A stretch of DNA of 63,886 bases, filler included, from an uncultured Gemmatimonadota bacterium (GTDB lineage Bacteria > Blakebacterota > Blakebacteria > Blakebacterales > Blakebacteraceae): assembly GCA_964576115.1 (NCBI GenBank). It is 3 parts of 3 records of this genome, joined end to end, with 100 filler letters (N's around TTAATTAATTAA, not from the genome) between each part and the next. Parts side by side here need not be neighbours in the genome. Positions count along the whole stretch, not along the records: positions 1 to 29,675 come from CAZNUA010000044.1; 2 more parts are not named here. One strand, given 5' to 3'. Made by a program: the position numbers and the translations under genes. Position 1 is the first letter of the stretch. Each line of letters starts with the position of its first letter. The notes under the pieces are model-generated. The model ran no database searches. It saw nothing but the letters and a program-made list of their open reading frames with translations, and was not told where the DNA came from. Positions 1-9,442 of this stretch are shown here, piece by piece.

Positions 1-395
1 CCGGCCCGGTTCCGCACTTTCACCCTCAGCAGGTACCGATCGGAGGCGGCGCTGGCGTAACTCGAAAAATCGAAATGCAGTGAGGCCGAATCGGCCAGGA
101 CCATCGTGGCCGGCATGGCCCGGCGCAGGTCGTGCAGGGAGTTAATCGCGGCCGTAGCGGGATAGGCGCGTTCCGGACTCAGGGTGCGGACCATCTCCAG
201 GCCCCTTTTCACCTGCCCCAGCTCGATCTGGACCGCCGCGACGGTTGCCTGATCGATTTCGCTTTCTTCCCCTTCCCCGCCCCCGCCCAGCATCCCGGTG
301 TTCTTGAGCAGGAACCAGGCTCCGAAGGCCAGAATGACCATGGTCAGCAGTATCCCGACCAGACTTGCGGCACCCCGTTCGTTTCTCATGGGCAT
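1..395 (-). CDS. Pilin/pseudopilin-like protein, 3' end off the window (not in ORF track)
   Basis: Manual translation from ATG 395 (GGAGGGA RBS upstream): MPMRNERG-AASLVGILLTMVILAFGAWFLLK, a short charged leader ending in G then a hydrophobic helix; frame open to position 1. Confidence 0.6.
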   Translation of the reverse strand, partial: MPMRNERGAASLVGILLTMVILAFGAWFLLKNTGMLGGGGEGEESEIDQATVAAVQIELGQVKRGLEMVRTLSPERAYPATAAINSLHDLRRAMPATMVLADSASLHFDFSSYASAASDRYLLRVKVRNRA

Positions 396-508
396 TCCCT
401 CCGGTTCCGCCCTTTCATACCTCACGCTCTCTCTTCTATGATCGCGGTGATCCCCGGCGCCGTCCCAGTCGGCGTCCGCTCCTTCGTTATACAGCAAAGG
501 ACTCCGTA

Positions 509-3427
509 ATGCGATCTCCGGTCCCTACCCTCCGGTTTCGACGGTTCCCCTTCCCTACCCGTGGCGTTCGCCCGACCGGCGTTCTTTCCCTCGCCAGTCT
601 GTTCCTCGCCGGTTGGTTCTGCCTGTGTCCCGAACTGCTGTCGGCACAGACCGGGGGCGAACAGGATATCCCCCCCGCGGCTTCGATCCCGCTCGAAGCC
701 CGGCTGCCGGCCGCCCCGCAGGTGCGGCTCGGCACCCTGGAGAACGGTCTGCGTTATTACATCCGGGAGAACGGCCGGCCCGAGAACCGGGCCGAACTGC
801 GTCTGGTCGTCAATACCGGTTCGATCATGGAGGACGAGGATCAGCTGGGTCTGGCGCATTTCATCGAACACATGGCCTTCAACGGCACCACTCATTTCGA
901 GAAACAGGAGTTGGTGAATTTTCTGGAATCGATCGGCATGACCTTCGGTCCCGACCTGAACGCGATGACCAGTTTCGACGAGACCATCTACATGCTCACC
1001 GTTCCGACCGATTCCACTGCCATTTTCGAACGTTCATTTCTCGTGCTCGAGGACTGGGCTCGCGGCATCAGCTTCGATCCCGAAGAGATCGACAAGGAAC
1101 GGGGGGTAATCGTCGAGGAGTGGCGCAGCGGCCGGGGGGCGGGCATGCGCATGTTCGACAGGCAGCTCCCGATCCTCTTCCAGGGCTCGCTGTACGCCGA
1201 GCGGCTGCCGATCGGGGATATGGATATCGTCCGGTCCTTCGACCGCGAGACGATCGTCAGGTTCTACCGCGACTGGTACCGGCCCGACCTGATGGCGGTG
1301 GTGGCGGTGGGAGACTTCGAAGCCGACCGGGTGGAGCAGCTCATCCGGGAGCATTTCGCCGCTCTCGAGGCCCCCGCCGATCCCCGGGCGCGCACCCTGG
1401 CCGAGGTGCCCGACCACGACGAGACCCTGTTCGCCATCGCCACCGATCCCGAGGCCACCGGAACCAGCGTATCGATCTACTGGAAACAGCCCCTGCGGCC
1501 TTCAGGCACTGCCGGTGCCTACCGTCAGAGCCTGGTCGAGAGCATGTACAACGCCATGCTGAATCGGCGCCTGGGCGAACTGACCCAGCAGGCCGATCCG
1601 CCCTTCATCTCGGCCTCCACCAGCCAGGGACTCTTCATCCGCTCGAAAGAAGTGTATTCCCTGGGCGCCACCGTCGAGGATAACAGCCTCATCCGCGGTC
1701 TCGAGGCGACCCTGACAGAAGCCGAGCGGGTGGCCCGTCACGGTTTCGTCGCCACCGAACTCGACCGGCAGAAGCGGGTACTCCTGCGGGGCATCGAGCA
1801 GGCCCGGCGGGAACGCGACAAGCAGTACTCCAGTTCCTATGCCGGCGAGTACGTGAGCGCTTTTCTCTACGATGAGGCGATTCCGGGGATCGAGTACGAA
1901 TATGAACTCTTCCAGCGCTTCGTGCCCGGAATCGCGCTCGAGGAGGTCAACGCCCTGGCCCGGGCCTGGATCACCGACCGGAGCCGGGTGATCATGATCA
2001 GCGCTCCCGAGAAGGAGGGGGTGACGGTTCCGACCGAAGCGGAACTGCTCGACGTCTTCACCCGGGTCGCAGCGGCCGAGATCGCCCCCTACGAGGAAAC
2101 CGTGGATGACCTGCCCCTGCTGGCCGAGGATCCGATCCCCGGGCAGATCGTGGACGAACGATACATCGAGGAAATCGCTGTCACCGAATGGGATCTCTCC
2201 AACGGAGTCCGGGTCGTCTTCAAACCCACCGATTTCGACGAGGACCTGATCGCCTTCACGGCCTTCAGCCCCGGGGGATCCTCGCTGGCCTCCGACGGTG
2301 AGTACTATTCGGCCTCGCTGGCGGCTCAGCTCATCCAGTCCTTCGGCCTGGGGGCTTTCAACGCCGTCGATCTGGGCAAGAAGCTGGCCGGCAAGGTCGC
2401 CAGTGTGGTACCGACGATCTCGAGTCTCGAAGAGGGTCTGACCGGCGCATGTTCTCCCGAGGATCTCGAAACCCTCTGCGAACTCGTGTACCTCTATTTC
2501 ACCGAACCGCGCCGGGATGAAGCGGTATTCACCTCGATGATCACCCGCCTGAAAGCGATCATTCCCAACCTGATGGCCAGCCCCGAGATGGCTTTCAGCG
2601 ACACCCTGAATGTCACTCTGACCCAGTACCACCCGCGTCGTCGCCCTGTCACCCTCGAGTTGATCGACACCATCGATCTCGACACCTGTTACCGTTTCTT
2701 TCGGGACCGGTTCGCCGATGCGGGCGATTTCACCTTCGTCTTCGTCGGCAACATCGATCCCGAGCCCTTCCGACCGCTCATCGAGCGCTACCTGGGCGGC
2801 CTGCCTGTTACCGGACGCGAGGAGACCTGGCGGGATGAGGAGGTCGATTACCCGACCGGGATCATCACCAAGACCGTCCGGCGGGGGCTGGAGGAAAAGG
2901 GCCAGACCGCCCTCATCTTCCCCGGCCGCTATGACTACAACCGCGAGAACATCTACGCCCTGCGCGCGCTGACCGAGGTGCTCGACATCATCCTGCGTGA
3001 GCGGCTGCGTGAGGATCTCGGCGGGACCTATGGGGTTTCGGTCAATTACCAGGCAGCCCGAATCCCCGACGAGGAATATGCCGTCATGATCGGTTTCAGT
3101 GCCGATCCGGGACGACTGGAGGAACTGACCGGGGTCGTTTTCGAGGAAATCGAAAAGCTGCGAACCGGCGGGCCGACCGAGGAGTATATAGACAAAGTCC
3201 GGGAATCCCAGCGTAGCGACCGGGAAGAGAACCTGAAGCAGAACTCCTACTGGTTGGGTCAGCTGGCCGCCCGGTACCGTCAGGGGAGCGACCCTCGCGA
3301 GATCCTGACCTATGAGGAGATGATCGACTCCCTGACGACCGACCTGGTCCGGCTGGCCGCCGAGCAATTTCTGAACCTGGAGAATTACATCCAGGTCTCC
3401 CTCGTCCCTGAAGGAGGTGATGGGTGA
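509..3427 (+). CDS. M16 family zinc protease (PqqL/insulinase-like), secreted
   Basis: Inverted zincin motif HFIEH in LAHFIEHMAFNGT; LENGLRYYIREN and WDLSNGVRVVFKPTDF starts of the two M16 halves; signal peptide; ATG 509 after AAAGGA. Confidence 0.93.
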   Translation: MRSPVPTLRFRRFPFPTRGVRPTGVLSLASLFLAGWFCLCPELLSAQTGGEQDIPPAASIPLEARLPAAPQVRLGTLENGLRYYIRENGRPENRAELRLVVNTGSIMEDEDQLGLAHFIEHMAFNGTTHFEKQELVNFLESIGMTFGPDLNAMTSFDETIYMLTVPTDSTAIFERSFLVLEDWARGISFDPEEIDKERGVIVEEWRSGRGAGMRMFDRQLPILFQGSLYAERLPIGDMDIVRSFDRETIVRFYRDWYRPDLMAVVAVGDFEADRVEQLIREHFAALEAPADPRARTLAEVPDHDETLFAIATDPEATGTSVSIYWKQPLRPSGTAGAYRQSLVESMYNAMLNRRLGELTQQADPPFISASTSQGLFIRSKEVYSLGATVEDNSLIRGLEATLTEAERVARHGFVATELDRQKRVLLRGIEQARRERDKQYSSSYAGEYVSAFLYDEAIPGIEYEYELFQRFVPGIALEEVNALARAWITDRSRVIMISAPEKEGVTVPTEAELLDVFTRVAAAEIAPYEETVDDLPLLAEDPIPGQIVDERYIEEIAVTEWDLSNGVRVVFKPTDFDEDLIAFTAFSPGGSSLASDGEYYSASLAAQLIQSFGLGAFNAVDLGKKLAGKVASVVPTISSLEEGLTGACSPEDLETLCELVYLYFTEPRRDEAVFTSMITRLKAIIPNLMASPEMAFSDTLNVTLTQYHPRRRPVTLELIDTIDLDTCYRFFRDRFADAGDFTFVFVGNIDPEPFRPLIERYLGGLPVTGREETWRDEEVDYPTGIITKTVRRGLEEKGQTALIFPGRYDYNRENIYALRALTEVLDIILRERLREDLGGTYGVSVNYQAARIPDEEYAVMIGFSADPGRLEELTGVVFEEIEKLRTGGPTEEYIDKVRESQRSDREENLKQNSYWLGQLAARYRQGSDPREILTYEEMIDSLTTDLVRLAAEQFLNLENYIQVSLVPEGGDG

Positions 3428-4707
3428 GCCGAGCCCGCGGCCCTGTTACAACGAATATGCGTCCAAGTATTCCTGACGCCTGCCTTTGCCCTGTCGCTCT
3501 CGCTGCCGCTCTGGTCCTGCTGACCGCCTGCGCTGAATCGACGGTCGAGCAGGACCGCTTCACCCTGACCGAAGAGAACGGTGTCACGGTCGCGGCGACC
3601 CGCGGCGGAGCCCTCTATCCCGCCCCGGTCGTGCGCTTCGAATCCGAATTGATCCTGCGCGAAGATCCCGCCAACGAGGAAAGCCTGCTCACCGCCCCCA
3701 CTCTCTTCACGCAGGGCCCAGATGGGCGCTTCTACGTGCCGGGGCGGCGTAGCGGCGACATAGCGGTCTTCAGCCCCGACGGCACCTACCTGCGCCGGAT
3801 CGGACAGTACGGCGAAGGTCCCGGCGACTTCACCTCCCCGAGTGTTCCTCTCTTTACTGAGGGACGAATCGAGATCTGGGATTTCCGGCAACAGCGGACG
3901 ACCTCCTTCTCGATGGATTATACCCTGCTCGAGGTCGTGCGCTCGCCGTTGAATACCCTCATCATTGATATGCGCACCGAACCCGACGGCACCTGTGTAG
4001 TCCGCGATGTCGCCAGTCGCGAGCGGGATGATTTCGCCGCCACCTCCCAAAGTATCACCCGGATTTCAGCCTCCGGCGATACTCTGGCCCGGATTGAAAC
4101 CGCGTTCGTGAATTCCAGCATGCTCAGCCGTATCGAGGTCTTACCGGGGCAGTTCTCAACCATGTCGACCGATATCCCCTTCTCGACCGGTCCCATGGCC
4201 TATGATGTACCGGTATACGGAATCCTGATCTGCGACGGCGACCGGCCCGATCTGGAATGGTACGATTACGCCGGCAACCTCGAGCGTATCATCCGGACCG
4301 GCCTGGAACCGCAACCGATCACGGCCGCCGTACGGCAGGCGTACGAGCAGCGGATCCGGGAGGCCCGGGCCGAGCGGGCCCGGGAACGGGGGACGACGCC
4401 CCAACCCCTGCCCGACTATCCTTATCCCGATCACAGCGCCTTTTTCGGGTGGGGATATGTGGACGATGCCGGCTGGATCTGGCTGATCGATATCTGGAGC
4501 GACTACACCCAGCCCGACAAAGCCGCCACGACCTTTCACGTCATCGACGACGAGGGACGCTATCTCGGGACAACCGAAATCCCCGCCACGCGGTTCACCA
4601 TCGTGAACGGCCGCCTCCTGGCCGTCATCGAAAACGAGGCAACCGGCGCCCGGGTACCGACGGTTTTGCGGATCGTTCCGAATGCCGATGGTTTGATCTA
4701 CCCGTAA
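3424..4707 (+). CDS. 6-bladed beta-propeller (NHL-like) lipoprotein
   Basis: Lipobox LLTAC; VFSPDGTYLRRIGQYGEGPGDF motif; VDDAGWIW near C-terminus; overlaps M16 stop (GTGA). Confidence 0.8.
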   Translation: MSRARGPVTTNMRPSIPDACLCPVALAAALVLLTACAESTVEQDRFTLTEENGVTVAATRGGALYPAPVVRFESELILREDPANEESLLTAPTLFTQGPDGRFYVPGRRSGDIAVFSPDGTYLRRIGQYGEGPGDFTSPSVPLFTEGRIEIWDFRQQRTTSFSMDYTLLEVVRSPLNTLIIDMRTEPDGTCVVRDVASRERDDFAATSQSITRISASGDTLARIETAFVNSSMLSRIEVLPGQFSTMSTDIPFSTGPMAYDVPVYGILICDGDRPDLEWYDYAGNLERIIRTGLEPQPITAAVRQAYEQRIREARAERARERGTTPQPLPDYPYPDHSAFFGWGYVDDAGWIWLIDIWSDYTQPDKAATTFHVIDDEGRYLGTTEIPATRFTIVNGRLLAVIENEATGARVPTVLRIVPNADGLIYP

Positions 4708-4721
4708 CGGAAAGGCCCGAC

Positions 4722-5999
4722 ATGGCCCTGCATCATCCACCGCTCCCGCATCGACGCACAATCCCGGCCACCGGCCTGATCATACTCCTGCTCACCGTCG
4801 CCGCCGGCTGCGCCCGCATCGATCCCGACGCCCCGCTCTTTCAGCTGATTGAAGAAGAGGGTGTGCCGATCGCCGAGACGATCCACGGACCGCTCTTCGA
4901 CTCGCCTCTCTTCACGGTCGAGCGGATGCTCGTCCTGACCGAGGATCCCGCCCGCCCCGAGAGCATGCTCTTCAATCCCCGGGGCTTTACGATGGGACCC
5001 GACGGGCGCTATTACGTTACCGACGAGGGGAACCATCGGATCGCCGTCTTCGACGCCGCCGGACAGTACCAACGCTCATTCGGGCGCGAGGGGGCTGGAC
5101 CGGGTGAGTTTCGGATGATGGCGTTCCAGCGCCTTTCCGGCGACACTTTGAGCATTTTCGACTACACCCTGCAGCGCACCACGCACTACCGGACCGACGG
5201 TACCCTGCTCGCCACCCTGGCCTCGCCCGGCGGCCGTCTCGCCTCGGGACTCTATCGGGCCCGGGATGGAACCTGGATTCTCATCGGGGTTTCTTCCGAC
5301 AGGAGAGGAACCGGACCGACGATCACCAGTCGCCGGGCGGTCCTGCTCGAACCCGCTGGACGGGACACCCTGGCCGTGATCGACGTCGGCCGCGAGCCAG
5401 ACATGCTCATCCTCGTTTTCCGTCAACTCGAAGGGGGCGGGACAGGTGTCTCGGCCACCTCGCTGCCCTTCGCCGGCAGCCACGAGGTGACCTGGGTTCC
5501 CGGCCGGGGCGTTCTGGCCTCCGATGGAAATATCCAGCGCCTGGCCTGGTACGACCTCGCCGGAGGACCGAAGCTCGTCATCCATCCGGGTCTGCCTCTC
5601 CGGACCGTTACGGCTGAAATGCGTCAGACTTTCATGGATCGCCTGCGGGCCGACCGGGCCGAACGCGAGGCCGAACTGGGTCGCTCTCTCGGCCCCCTGC
5701 CCGAATACTCCTTCGCCGAGAACATCGGCGCCTGGTCGCGGACGACGGTGGACGACGCCGGCTGGATCTGGCTCCTGGACACGCTCGATCGCGAGCTGCA
5801 CGAAGAAGGTCAACCCTGGCTGCACCATGTGATCTCGGCCGAGGGCAGGTACATCGGAACTGCGCTGCTGCCTGCCACCCGGTTCACCATCGCCGGCGGC
5901 AGGCTCATGGCGCTCGTCACCGATCCCGAGACCGGCGAGGTCAGACCGACCGTCTTCCGGCTCACGCCGGCGGTGGAAGGACTCGCCTATCCACAGTAA
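4722..5999 (+). CDS. 6-bladed beta-propeller (NHL-like) lipoprotein, paralogue
   Basis: Lipobox VAAGC; NHRIAVFDAAGQYQRSFGREGAGPGEF; VDDAGWIW; ATG 4722 after GAAAGG. Confidence 0.8.
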   Translation: MALHHPPLPHRRTIPATGLIILLLTVAAGCARIDPDAPLFQLIEEEGVPIAETIHGPLFDSPLFTVERMLVLTEDPARPESMLFNPRGFTMGPDGRYYVTDEGNHRIAVFDAAGQYQRSFGREGAGPGEFRMMAFQRLSGDTLSIFDYTLQRTTHYRTDGTLLATLASPGGRLASGLYRARDGTWILIGVSSDRRGTGPTITSRRAVLLEPAGRDTLAVIDVGREPDMLILVFRQLEGGGTGVSATSLPFAGSHEVTWVPGRGVLASDGNIQRLAWYDLAGGPKLVIHPGLPLRTVTAEMRQTFMDRLRADRAEREAELGRSLGPLPEYSFAENIGAWSRTTVDDAGWIWLLDTLDRELHEEGQPWLHHVISAEGRYIGTALLPATRFTIAGGRLMALVTDPETGEVRPTVFRLTPAVEGLAYPQ

Positions 6000-6009
6000 G
6001 CTCTGCGGT

Positions 6010-7295
6010 ATGGCATCGATTCCCGATCCCCGCCGCCGGAGGCGCGGTTTGCGCCACCGAATGTCCTGTCTGCACGTTTGGACACGCGGTCTGAACCGCC
6101 GGACGTCCTATCTACACGTTTGGATACGCGGTCTGCGCCGCCGGACGGTTCTCCCCGTTCTCTTTCTCCTCCTGCCGGCTCTGGGATTCCTGAGCAGCTG
6201 CGGAGCTCCGAGCGATACGACCTATGTGACAATCGGCACCGGGGCGGTAACCGGTCTTTACTATCCGACCGGGGGCGCCATCGCCCGGATGATCAACGCC
6301 CGCTCCGATTCGCTCGGCCTGAAGGCCACGGTCGAAAGCACCGCCGGTTCGGTCTACAACGTCAACGCGGTCATGAGCGGGGACCTGGAGTTCGGCGTGG
6401 TGCAGTCCGATCGCCAGTACCNNNNNNNNNNNNNNNNNNNNNNNNNNNNNNNNNNNNNNNNNNNNNNNNNNNNNNNNNNNNNNNNNNNNNNNNNNNNNNN
6501 NNNNNNNNNNNNNNNNNNNNNGCGGTCATGAGCGGGGACCTGGAGTTCGGCGTGGTGCAGTCCGATCGCCAGTACCAGGCCTGGCACGGGTCAGCTGAGT
6601 GGGTCGAGGCGGGTGAGCAGCGTCGGCTGCGCTCGATCTGCTCGATCCATCCCGAATCGGTCACCCTGATCGCTTCGGTCGCGAGCGGTATCACTCGCAT
6701 CGAGGATCTGCGCGGCCGGCGAGTGAATCTCGGCAATCCCGGCTCGGGTCCGCTCGGCAACGCCCGCGACGCCCTGGCGGCTTTCGGCATCGGCGAGGAC
6801 GAGATCCAGGCCGAGTACGTCAAGGCGGTCGAGGCTCCCGGCCTGCTGCAGGACGAACGAATCGACGCCTTCTTCTACACCGTGGGTCACCCCAACGGAA
6901 ACATCAAGGAAGCCACCTCGGGCCGCATCGAAGTCGCGATCATCCCCCTGACCGGCCCGGCAGTGGACGCCCTGGTGACCGAACGTCCCTACTACACGCG
7001 GGCTCTCGTGCCGATCGAGCATTACCCCAATGCCGCCAATACCGAAGACATACCGACCTTCGGGGTGCGGGGCACGTTTCTGACTTCGGCCGAGGTCCCG
7101 GCCGACCTCGTCTATACCGTGACCCGGATGATTTTCGAGAATTTTGAGGAGTTCCGGGCCCTGCACCCGGCCTATGCCGTCCTGACCCGCGCCAGCATGC
7201 TCGAAGGACTCACCGCCTCCGTACACCGGGGCGCGGTGCGCTATTATCGCGAGAGCGGTCTGGTGCGGCATCTGGATCGGAGCCTGCTTCCCTGA
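6010..7295 (+). CDS. TAXI family TRAP transporter substrate-binding protein (split by N gap)
   Basis: TIGTGAVTGLYYPTGGAI, ESTAGSVYNV, GNPGSG, VHRGAVRYYRE motifs; collapsing the 55-bp duplication around the gap gives one 376-aa frame. Confidence 0.9.
6043..6147 (+). repeat. Imperfect 42-bp tandem repeat (about 2.5 copies) in the TAXI 5' region
   Basis: cgcggt starts at 6043, 6085 and 6127; encodes RGLRHRMSCLHVWT / RGLNRRTSYLHVWI / RGLRRRT. Confidence 0.85.
6422..6521. other. Scaffold gap (100 N) flanked by an exact 55-bp duplication
   Basis: 6367-6421 is identical to 6522-6576. Confidence 0.95.
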
Positions 7296-7318
7296 CACGG
7301 GTGTGATATACCTGTTCC

Positions 7319-9284
7319 ATGGCTTTTTTCCGTGCCTACCAGGAGGCCCACAAGGGGATCGAGTCGCTCTCCAGCCGAGAGCGCGCCCTCGGCGGACGGG
7401 AACGCCGGCTTTTCCGGACCGTCGCCATTCTCTGGGCGCTTTTCCAGCTCTGTCTTCCGAGCCTGATCATCCTCGACTCGATCCGGGCCCGGGCGATTCA
7501 CCTGGCTTTCGCCCTGGTCCTGGTTTTCCTCTCGGTTCCCGTCCGGCGACGGCGTCGCCTGACCGGGACTGGTGAGCGATCGGCAGAGACCGGGACTGGT
7601 GAGCGATCGGCAGAGACGGGGGCCGACGTCACCTCCACCCCGGAATCAGTCCTCACGCCGATCGAACGGGTGCCGGCTTTCGACTGGCTGCTGGCCGCTG
7701 CGGGTGCGGTCAGCGCCCTCTACATCATGCTCGACTGGGAAGGGATCGCCCTGCGTTCGGGGCTCCCCTCGGGGCTGGACCTTGTTATGGGGGTGGCGAT
7801 CGCCCTGATCCTGCTCGAAGCGGCCCGCCGGGTGGTGGGGCCGGCCCTGTCGATCATCGTCGCCCTCTTCACCCTCTATGCCTTCCTCGGCCCCTGGATG
7901 CCCGAAGTGCTGGCCTTCAAGGGCGTCTCGCTGCGAAAGTTCGTCACCCAGGTCTCGCTCTCGTCCGAGGGCATCTACGGCATTCCCCTGGGGGTTTCGG
8001 CCGCGGTCGTCTATCTCTTCGTCCTGCTGGGAGCCCTGCTCGAAAAAGCCGGTGCCGGCCGGTTCTTCATCGACCTGGCCCTGGCCCTGCTGGGACGGTT
8101 CCGGGGCGGGCCGGCCAAGGCGGCGGTAGCTTCGAGCGGTTTGATGGGAATGGTCTCGGGATCGAGCATCGCCAATATCGTCACCACCGGCACCTTTACG
8201 ATCCCGCTCATGAAGAAGATCGGCTATCCCCCGCGCAAGGCCGCCGCAACCGAAGTAGCGGCCAGCACCGATGGCCAGCTCATGCCGCCGATCATGGGCG
8301 CGGCGGCCTTCATCATCGCCGAATATGTCAACGTGCCCTACCTCGAGGTCGTCAAGGCAGCCGTCATCCCCGCTTTCGTGAGCTATGCCGCCCTGTTCTA
8401 CATCACCCACCTCGAGGCTCTCAAACTGGGGCTGACCGGTCTGCCCCGGGCCGAGCTGCCTCCTCTGNNNNNNNNNNNNNNNNNNNNNNNNNNNNNNNNN
8501 NNNNNNNNNNNNNNNNNNNNNNNNNNNNNNNNNNNNNNNNNNNNNNNNNNNNNNNNNNNNNNNNNNNGCCGTGGCCACCGCCGCGGCCGGGATCATCGTG
8601 GGCATCGTGGGGCTGGGTATCGGGGGCATGATCGCCCACGTGGTCGAGGTCCTGGCCGCCGGCAATGTCTTCCTGCTGCTCGTGATCACCGCCGTCGCCA
8701 GCCTGCTGCTCGGCATGGGGCTGCCCACGACCGCCACCTACATCGTCATGGCCTCGCTGACCGCGCCGATCATCGTCGAGGTTGGAGCCGCCTACGGTTT
8801 CGTCGTACCGCTCATGGCGGCCCATCTCTTCTGTTTTTACTTCGGCATCCTGGCCGACGACACCCCGCCGGTGGGGCTGGCCTCGTACGCGGCCGCCGCC
8901 CTGGCCGAATCGGAACCGATCCCGACCGGTATCCAGGGCTTTCTCTACGATCTGCGCACCGCCGTCATCCCCTTCATGTTCATCTTCAATACCGATCTCA
9001 TCCTGCATGGGATCAGGAGCTGGCCGCAGGGGCTGTTCATCTTCGCCATGGCCGTATTGGGAGCCTTCGCCTTTACCAGCGCCGTGCAGGGCTTCCTGCT
9101 GCGCCGCAACCGCTGGTACGAGATCCCGCTGCTGCTCGCGGCCGCCCTCATTCTTTTCAATCCCGCCGCCCTGCCCTCGCTGGCGGGCCCTGTCCCGGGA
9201 CCGGCTTACGGTTTCTACGGCGTCGGCCTGGCCCTCTTCGGCGGAGTAGTGCTCTGGCAGCAGCGCCGGCGTCCCGAAGGATAA
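7319..9284 (+). CDS. TRAP transporter fused permease (4TM/12TM, DctQM), N gap at 8468-8567
   Basis: RGGPAKAAV, SGSSIANIVTTGTFTIPLMKK, QLMPPIMGAAAF, LGMGLPTTATY, LADDTPPVGLASYAAA motifs; follows the TAXI gene. Confidence 0.92.
7561..7620 (+). repeat. Perfect 27-bp tandem duplication within the permease
   Basis: gaccgggactggtgagcgatcggcaga twice plus a partial copy; encodes TGTGERSAE x2. Confidence 0.9.
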
Positions 9285-9442
9285 AACGCCTCTCTCCGGA
9301 TCACCCCATGCGCTAGACCGGTTATGCTGTCAACTCGTTCATTGTCCCTCCCACCCCGGTGCGCTAGCATGGCGGGCGCCTCCCGTATAATATTGTGGTA
9401 CGGTTGCCTCATGTTCTTACTCGAACAACTGCAGACAGAGCC

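Noticed and set aside
1502-3367. Long antisense or alternate-frame ORFs (also 17144-18766, 22523-24127, 39625-41286, 46122-47756)
   Set aside because: Shadow ORFs of real genes in high-GC DNA with no recognisable motifs.
7319-9316. Frameshifted pseudogenes for the TRAP permease, TAXI and SelD
   Set aside because: Frame changes coincide with fixed 100-N gaps.
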